Assembly (NCBI GenBank): GCA_029548865.1
Contig: JAKPMO010000002.1
Coordinates: 245,169 to 309,168 of the forward strand
DNA length: 64,000 nucleotides
Origin: Caldisericota bacterium
GTDB lineage: Bacteria; Caldisericota; Caldisericia; JAAYUI01
Reading direction: 5' to 3'
Position 1 is the stretch's first letter. Every line of letters starts with the position of its first letter. The position numbers were made by a program, and so were the translations under genes. The notes under the pieces are model-generated. The model did no database searches, was not told the origin of the DNA, and saw only the letters and a program-made list of their open reading frames with translations. Positions 58,354 to 64,000 of the stretch are shown here, in pieces.

Positions 58354-59811
58354 ATGACAGAGAAAATCAGGGTCAGAATAGCCCCGTCACCAACCGGCAA
58401 ATTACACATTGGCAATGCAAGAACAGGCCTTTTCAACTATCTTTTTGCAAGGCACTATGGTGGAACATTTATCCTCAGGATAGATGATACCGATACCGAA
58501 CGCTCCACCCCAGAGGCCGAAAAAGCCATTTTTGATGGCCTTAAGTGGCTTGGAATCACATGGGATGAGGGTCCGGATATTGGCGGAAATTATGGCCCGT
58601 ACAAACAGACTGAAAGATTTGACACATACAAGGAAGCACTGGACAGGCTCCTTGAAGATGGCCATGCTTACTATTGTTTTTGTTCCCCGGAAGAGATAGA
58701 GCAAAAACGTACTACAGCCGAGAAGGCACACGAGATATACAGGTACGACAACACTTGCCGCACTATTCCTCTTGATGAAGCAAGAAAAAGGATCGCTGCT
58801 GGTGAAAGGGCCGTAATAAGGCTCCGCGTTCCAGAGGGTACAGAGGCCAATTTCCATGATCTCATTAGGGGCGACATCGAGGTTGATTCCGAGACTTTCG
58901 ATGATTTTGTCATTGCAAAACCTGGCGGGGCACCGCTTTACAACTTTGCAACAGTCATTGATGACCACCTGATGGACATAACCCACATCCTCAGAGGACA
59001 GGACCATCTCACAAACACATCAAAACAGATCCTTATTTACAGGGCCCTTGGCTGGGACGTTCCAAAGTTTGGACACTTCTCCCTCATATTGGACACCAAC
59101 CGCAAAAAACTCTCGAAGAGAGCTGGAGCAGTCTATATTGGCGATTTTCAGGAACAGGGCTATCTTCCACAGACAGTCGCTAACTTTATTGCCCTAATCG
59201 GTTGGTCACCGGGTGAAAACAAGGAAAAAATGACCATGGAAGAGATGGTTGGAGCTTTCTCCATGGACCACGTTCAAAAAGCCGATGCCGTCTTTGATCC
59301 TGAAAAGCTAAAATGGCTTAATGGTGTCTATATAAGGGAGATGCCGCTTGAAAATCTTGTCGAAGCGGTCAAGCCCCATCTTAGAAATGCTGGTTTTGAG
59401 GTCGACAACGTTGACCAGGAATGGCTCAAAAAAGTTGTCTTCCTTGAACAGGAGAGGATGAGGCTGTTCTCCGAGGCCTCGGAGCTGTTTGATTTCTTTT
59501 TCAAGGAAATACCATACGACAAATCGCTGCTTTCTTCAAAAAAGCACTCCGATGACGAACTTGCGAGAGCACTTGAGCAAACCAGGGAACAGCTTGAAGG
59601 AATATCAAGCTGGGACAAAGAAGAACTTGAGAACCTTTGCAGGTCGCTTGCCTCCCAGATGGGTTGGCAGGGTGGCGACCTTTTCATGCCGCTCAGGATT
59701 GCGGTCACAGGAAAGAAGGCAACACCGCCACTTTTTGAGACCATGGAAGTCCTCGGCAAAGAACTTAGCTTAAAACGCATTGACAAAGCCATACAGTCGC
59801 TTAAAAAGTAA
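58354..59811 (+). CDS. gltX: Glutamyl-tRNA synthetase
   Basis: APSPTG.LHIGN, RIDDTD and KLSKR. Confidence 0.96.
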   Translation: MTEKIRVRIAPSPTGKLHIGNARTGLFNYLFARHYGGTFILRIDDTDTERSTPEAEKAIFDGLKWLGITWDEGPDIGGNYGPYKQTERFDTYKEALDRLLEDGHAYYCFCSPEEIEQKRTTAEKAHEIYRYDNTCRTIPLDEARKRIAAGERAVIRLRVPEGTEANFHDLIRGDIEVDSETFDDFVIAKPGGAPLYNFATVIDDHLMDITHILRGQDHLTNTSKQILIYRALGWDVPKFGHFSLILDTNRKKLSKRAGAVYIGDFQEQGYLPQTVANFIALIGWSPGENKEKMTMEEMVGAFSMDHVQKADAVFDPEKLKWLNGVYIREMPLENLVEAVKPHLRNAGFEVDNVDQEWLKKVVFLEQERMRLFSEASELFDFFFKEIPYDKSLLSSKKHSDDELARALEQTREQLEGISSWDKEELENLCRSLASQMGWQGGDLFMPLRIAVTGKKATPPLFETMEVLGKELSLKRIDKAIQSLKK

Positions 59812-59813
59812 GT

Positions 59814-59886
59814 GCGGCTGTAGCTCAACGGATAGAGCAACGGCCTACGGAGCCGTAGGTTGCAGGTTCAAGTCCTGTCAGCCGCG
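59814..59886 (+). tRNA. tRNA-Arg(ACG)
   Basis: GCGGCTG/CAGCCGC acceptor stem, ACGGC-CTACGGA-GCCGT anticodon arm, no CCA. Confidence 0.93.
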
Positions 59887-59896
59887 CTTGTCATTC

Positions 59897-60355
59897 ATGA
59901 CGACGCTGCCGCACCTTATGCAACTTGCATTTGACCAGGCCCTTGTTGCTTTTGAAAAAGGCGAGGTGCCTGTTGGTGCAGTGGTGGCAAAAGGCAGTGA
60001 AATCCTTGGTCTTGGCCACAACCTGACCCTCACACTTAAAGACCCTACAGCCCATGCAGAAATAATGGCAATAAGGGACGCAACCTCAAAACTTGGTGAC
60101 TGGCGCCTCTCTGATTGCCAGATTTACGTCACACTTGAGCCTTGCACCATGTGCGTTGGGGCGATCCTTCTCTCAAGAATCGAAACCATCAATTTTTTGG
60201 CCTATGATCCAAAGGATGGTGCTTGCGGAAGCACAAAAAATCTTGCCGTCCAGCCAGTATTCGGGCATTGCGCAAAGGTCATAAAAATTGATGATGGCGG
60301 GCGTTCCTCGGACCTCATCAGGGAATTTTTCAGACTCAGGAGGGAAAACAAATGA
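59897..60355 (+). CDS. tadA: tRNA adenosine(34) deaminase
   Basis: GEVPVGAV, PTAHAE and TLEPCTMC.GA. Confidence 0.92.
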   Translation: MTTLPHLMQLAFDQALVAFEKGEVPVGAVVAKGSEILGLGHNLTLTLKDPTAHAEIMAIRDATSKLGDWRLSDCQIYVTLEPCTMCVGAILLSRIETINFLAYDPKDGACGSTKNLAVQPVFGHCAKVIKIDDGGRSSDLIREFFRLRRENK

Positions 60356-61290
60356 ACCACACATTCATCAGCGATTTTCAAAAAGGCCAGGAGATTGATG
60401 ATTACTATGCTGTCGCCAAGAAAACCAAAAGGTCCACAAAAAACGGTAGCTATTTTATTTCGCTGACACTCTCGGACCGCACCGGCAGGGTCGACGCCGT
60501 CGTCTGGAACGCCACGCTGACAAAATTTGGTGAAGATTACAATGAAAACCAGGTTGTCAGGGTGTGTGGAAGGGTTGACGAGTACGACGGCAAAATCCAG
60601 ATCGTTGTTGAAAAAATAGGCATAGGTGATGCGACGAAATACGAGGCCTCGTGGTTCCTTCCCCAGTCACCCGTTCCTGTTGATGATGTGATGAAGCAGA
60701 TTTTTTCTCTGGTGGCGTCTGTTAAGGACGAAAAACTCAGGCTCCTTGGGGAATCGTTCCTTGGCAGTGAAGATTATTCTCCCAATTTCAGGGTGGCCCC
60801 TGGTGCTGTCTATCTGCACCATGCCTATCTTGGGGGCCTTGCCGCCCACACGCTTGCTGTAATGAAGTTTTGCGACTCCCTGTGCCAGCTCTATCCGCTA
60901 AATCGCGATCTACTCATTGTTGCTGCGCTATTTCATGATGTCGGCAAGATGGTTGAAAACACATGGGAGCTCATCTTCAAAAGGACAATCGAGGGCGAGC
61001 TTGTCGGCCACCTCATAATCAGCCGCGACATCCTCAGGGAATTCACAAAGTCTACGGGGATAGCACCAGAAGTCGCGCTCCACCTTGAGCACTGCATCCT
61101 CTCGCACCACGGCCAGTACTTGTATGGTTCACCAAAACTCCCGATGACGAGGGAGGCTTTTGCATTACACGTTGCAGACCTTGCTGACTCAAGATTTGAA
61201 GAGTTTGACAGAGAGTTGAAAAACATTGCACCCGGCGAATCCACCGAGCCAATAAGATATCTGGATGGCATCAGGCTTTTCAACCTGTGA
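60352..61290 (+). CDS. yhaM: YhaM-like OB-fold/HD-domain 3'-5' exoribonuclease
   Basis: OB fold, HHAY.GGL..HT, HDVGK, GH and SHHG....GSP..P. Confidence 0.88.
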   Translation: MNHTFISDFQKGQEIDDYYAVAKKTKRSTKNGSYFISLTLSDRTGRVDAVVWNATLTKFGEDYNENQVVRVCGRVDEYDGKIQIVVEKIGIGDATKYEASWFLPQSPVPVDDVMKQIFSLVASVKDEKLRLLGESFLGSEDYSPNFRVAPGAVYLHHAYLGGLAAHTLAVMKFCDSLCQLYPLNRDLLIVAALFHDVGKMVENTWELIFKRTIEGELVGHLIISRDILREFTKSTGIAPEVALHLEHCILSHHGQYLYGSPKLPMTREAFALHVADLADSRFEEFDRELKNIAPGESTEPIRYLDGIRLFNL

Positions 61291-62084
61291 CCTTTCAGAA
61301 CCCCAGAAAATATGGCGTCCCGCCTTTTAATGTCGTTGTTGTCCACGGCGGCCCGGGGGCCTGTGGTGAAATGGCGCCTATGGCAAGGGAGTTTTCATCC
61401 CTTTTTGGCGTGCTGGAACCGCTCCAGACCGTAACAACCATAGATGGCCAGGTCAAGGAGCTTGAAGAGGCAATAAAAACCCATGGCAGTCCGCCGGTGG
61501 CGCTTGTTGGCCACTCGTGGGGTGCATGGCTGGCCTTCATCTTTGCCGCAAAAAACCCTTTGCTGGTTGGGAAACTTGTCCTTGTTGGGAGCGGGCCGTT
61601 TGAGGAAAAGTATGCTTCAGAAATAATGCCGGCACGACTGGCGAGGCTACCTGAAAACGAGCGCAACGAGCTTGCCGGGCTCCTGAAAAGGATGGAAAAC
61701 CAGGACGAAGAGGACGGCGATGCAATAATGGACAGGGTCGGCGACCTTATCTCAAAGTCAGACCATTTCGACCCGCTGCCTTTTGGGCCGGAGCCGGTGG
61801 AATTCAGGCCGGAGGTCTATCAGGGTGTGTGGCCGGAGGCGTCACGTCTCAGGCAAAACGGGGAACTGCTGGAAATGGGCAAAAAAATCACCTGCCCGGT
61901 GGTGGCAATCCACGGCGACCACGACCCGCACCCGGCCGATGGCGTGAGGGTCCCGCTTGAAAAGACATTAAAAAACTTCAAATTTGTCCTGCTGGAGAAG
62001 TGCGGGCATGACCCGTGGCTGGAAAAGCACGCAAGGGAAAAGTTCTTTGCAGTATTAAAAGGGGAGTTGGGCAGTAAAATCTAG
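61287..62084 (+). CDS. Alpha/beta hydrolase (HGGPG type)
   Basis: HGGPG, GHSWG, G..D and CGH.PW.E. Confidence 0.88.
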   Translation: MTFQNPRKYGVPPFNVVVVHGGPGACGEMAPMAREFSSLFGVLEPLQTVTTIDGQVKELEEAIKTHGSPPVALVGHSWGAWLAFIFAAKNPLLVGKLVLVGSGPFEEKYASEIMPARLARLPENERNELAGLLKRMENQDEEDGDAIMDRVGDLISKSDHFDPLPFGPEPVEFRPEVYQGVWPEASRLRQNGELLEMGKKITCPVVAIHGDHDPHPADGVRVPLEKTLKNFKFVLLEKCGHDPWLEKHAREKFFAVLKGELGSKI

Positions 62085-62157
62085 GCCAAGCAACAGGAGG
62101 CTGTGAAACCTCCACCTTGATTTTGAAACCCAGACATTTAGAATTTTCATGGTTTGT

Positions 62158-62250
62158 GGAGAGGTGGCTGAGCGGTTGAAAGCGCCTGACTCGAAATCAG
62201 GTAAGTGGGCAATCCCTGCTTCGGGGGTTCGAATCCCCCCCTCTCCGCCA
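62158..62250 (+). tRNA. tRNA-Ser(CGA)
   Basis: GGAGAGG acceptor stem, loop CTCGAAA, long variable arm, GCCA end. Confidence 0.95.
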
Positions 62251-62264
62251 GACAAGGAGGGAGA

Positions 62265-62969
62265 ATGGAAGAACCGAAAGAAACAGAAAACTCTTTTGAT
62301 AAGAATAGTGCTATAGAAGAGTCGCAAAAACAAAAACAAGATCAACAATTTTATGAGCTTGTTAGTTCCCTGAATAGGATTTTCAACCCACCAACTATAA
62401 CTATCCCAGGATCGTTGGTATCTGCGATAAGAGCTACTTTTAAATCTTGTTACCCAATTGGTTCTATGCCTACAAATGAGGCACTAAAGGATATTTGCGA
62501 AACAATAAATAAAATTAGAAACTATAATATGAACCCAGTATTGGCTAGAATGATTGATGAGAATCGAAAAGCTTTATTTTTAAATGCATCCAGGAACCTT
62601 CTTGAAGAAGAGCCAAAATATCGTGCGGAAAAAGATGTTTTTAATAACTTTGTCAAAGATAAGGAGAAGGAGTATTTAAAGAAAGAAAAAGAAAAGGAAT
62701 ATGAATATTCCGAAGGTGTTATTTTAATCGCTGATTGCTTGGGTACAAAAAAATCTTGGGAAAAAAATAACATTCAAGGATATGTTAAGAAAATCTACGA
62801 TACCCGTTCGAAACTTGAGGCAGTATTAAAAAGTCGTTCAGATTATATTAATAGCAAATCAAAATATGAAAAATATAGCGATTTTTTTGAAATAGGATTT
62901 TCATGCTGTTTCCTCTCAGACACATTTGTCGGCATTATGAAGCAAACCAAAAAACATAATAAAAAAGAA
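62265..62969 (+). pseudogene. AT-rich gene with class III nucleotide-cyclase-like motifs, interrupted by an IS
   Basis: AAGGAGG RBS; VILIADCLGTK and FLSDTFV motifs. The frame reads into the IS end and stops at 63014. Confidence 0.5.
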
Positions 62970-63016
62970 CGGCATTATGCACTTGACAAACCAATGCAAC
63001 TTGCTACCATATAATC

Positions 63017-63913
63017 ATGAACCTGATAGAACTTGGACAACTTACCGAAGAAGAGGCCAGAACCTACCTCGAAACCATCATCTGGGTTGACCAGACTGTC
63101 TGCCCTTTCTGTGGATCAACAAAACATTACACATTCAAAGGCAAAGCACATCGCGCTGGCCTTTACAAGTGTGCCGATTGTGGCAAGCAATTCACGGTAA
63201 CAGTCAACACAATCCTTCATGGTTCACACCTTCCAATCAAAACTTGGCTCATGGCTTTTTATCTCATGTGTTCATCAAAGAAAGGCGTTTCTGCCCTCCA
63301 ACTTCAAAGACAGTTGGGCCTTGGCTCCTATCACACAGCACTTTCACTTACCCACAAAATACGCAAGGCAATGCAGGAATCCCCTAACTTCTGCAAACTC
63401 TTTGGTTACGTTGAAGCCGATGAAACTTATATCGGAGGCAAGGGGAAAGGTGGCAAGCGTGGCCGTGGTTCAAAGGCCAAGACACCAGTTGCTGGTATTG
63501 TCCAAAGGAACGGCAAGGTGAGAACCCAGGTAGTCAAAAGAGTGGACGCGGATACCCTAAAAGCCTTTGTTCTGGACAACGTAGATAAATATGCAAAACT
63601 TATCACCGACGAATGGCCGGCCTACAGGGGCCTTGGCAAGGAATTCACTTTCGGTCATGCGGTTGTAAACCATAGTCAGGGCGAATATGTTCGCGGTGAT
63701 CTTTCAACCAACTGGATTGAGTCTTTCTGGTCACTACTTAAGAAGGGCATTGGTGGGGTTTTTCACCATGTTTCAGTCAAATATCTTGGTCTCTACTGTG
63801 ATGAATTCTGTTTCAGGTGGAACACAAGGAAAGACAGTGACAGCGTTAGGTTCGAACAAGCTTTGAGGCAGGTTATTGGCAAGAGGGTTCAGAATTCAAC
63901 GCTGGTTGCTTAA
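63017..63913 (+). CDS. IS1595-family (ISXO2-like) DDE transposase
   Basis: Zn ribbon CPFCG..YKCADC.KQFTV, SSKKGVSALQL, EADETYIGG, TDEW.AY, VNHS..EYV and TN.IESFW. Confidence 0.95.
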   Translation: MNLIELGQLTEEEARTYLETIIWVDQTVCPFCGSTKHYTFKGKAHRAGLYKCADCGKQFTVTVNTILHGSHLPIKTWLMAFYLMCSSKKGVSALQLQRQLGLGSYHTALSLTHKIRKAMQESPNFCKLFGYVEADETYIGGKGKGGKRGRGSKAKTPVAGIVQRNGKVRTQVVKRVDADTLKAFVLDNVDKYAKLITDEWPAYRGLGKEFTFGHAVVNHSQGEYVRGDLSTNWIESFWSLLKKGIGGVFHHVSVKYLGLYCDEFCFRWNTRKDSDSVRFEQALRQVIGKRVQNSTLVA

Positions 63914-64000
63914 TCAAGAACTAGACTTGGAAACAATTTCAAAAATCTTTCTAATTGTATCTGAATCACTAGCAACATATTTTTCCAAAATTCCTTCTAT
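63914..64000 (-). CDS. 3' end of a convergent gene, probable IS passenger
   Basis: Open frame IEGILEKYVASDSDTIRKIFEIVSKSSS* whose TGA abuts the transposase stop. Confidence 0.4.
   Translation of the reverse strand: MEGILEKYVASDSDTIRKIFEIVSKSSS

Larger units (their letters stand above)
62970..64000 (+). mobile_element. IS1595-family insertion sequence (left end CGGCATTATG; right end outside the window)
   Basis: A CGGnnTT-type end 47 nt upstream of the transposase; no matching right IR before 64000. Confidence 0.75.

Noticed and set aside
59780..59896. ORF extensions through tRNAs (also 24783 and 62205)
   Set aside because: These read through clear tRNA genes; the true starts are downstream.

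Overview
Bacterial chromosome segment of moderate GC, probably from an anaerobe. The gene content is Firmicutes-like, and the copper-amine-oxidase-N and PQQ-repeat surface proteins tentatively suggest Caldisericota or a similar lineage. Most of the window is housekeeping: two 2-oxoacid:ferredoxin oxidoreductase operons (vor-like and por), serC-like/serA/DUF1015, gpmI, minDE, scpAB-trpS, a DHH-CBS tRNA nucleotidyltransferase, aspS-miaB-ynbB-yjbQ-tsaB-rimI-tsaD, a two-component system, nadABC, ruvB-queH, rph-rdgB, an SH3 amidase, smpB, gltX, tadA, yhaM and six tRNAs. Notable items: (1) a divergent SCIFF/ranthipeptide precursor lacking the canonical cross-linking Cys, beside a radical SAM maturase that probably starts at CTG; (2) an unannotated ~250-nt element closed by long inverted repeats and carrying an SD-led 31-aa acidic, Cys-containing micropeptide (and possibly a basic one); (3) a candidate 6S-like RNA upstream of the serine operon; (4) an AT-rich island after tRNA-Ser(CGA) with a nucleotide-cyclase-like gene interrupted by an IS1595-family element; (5) a G8 frameshift in trkA; (6) four divergent membrane-protein paralogues; (7) widespread leaderless gene starts. 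No CRISPR array or rRNA was seen. All calls come from reading the sequence by eye, with no database searches.
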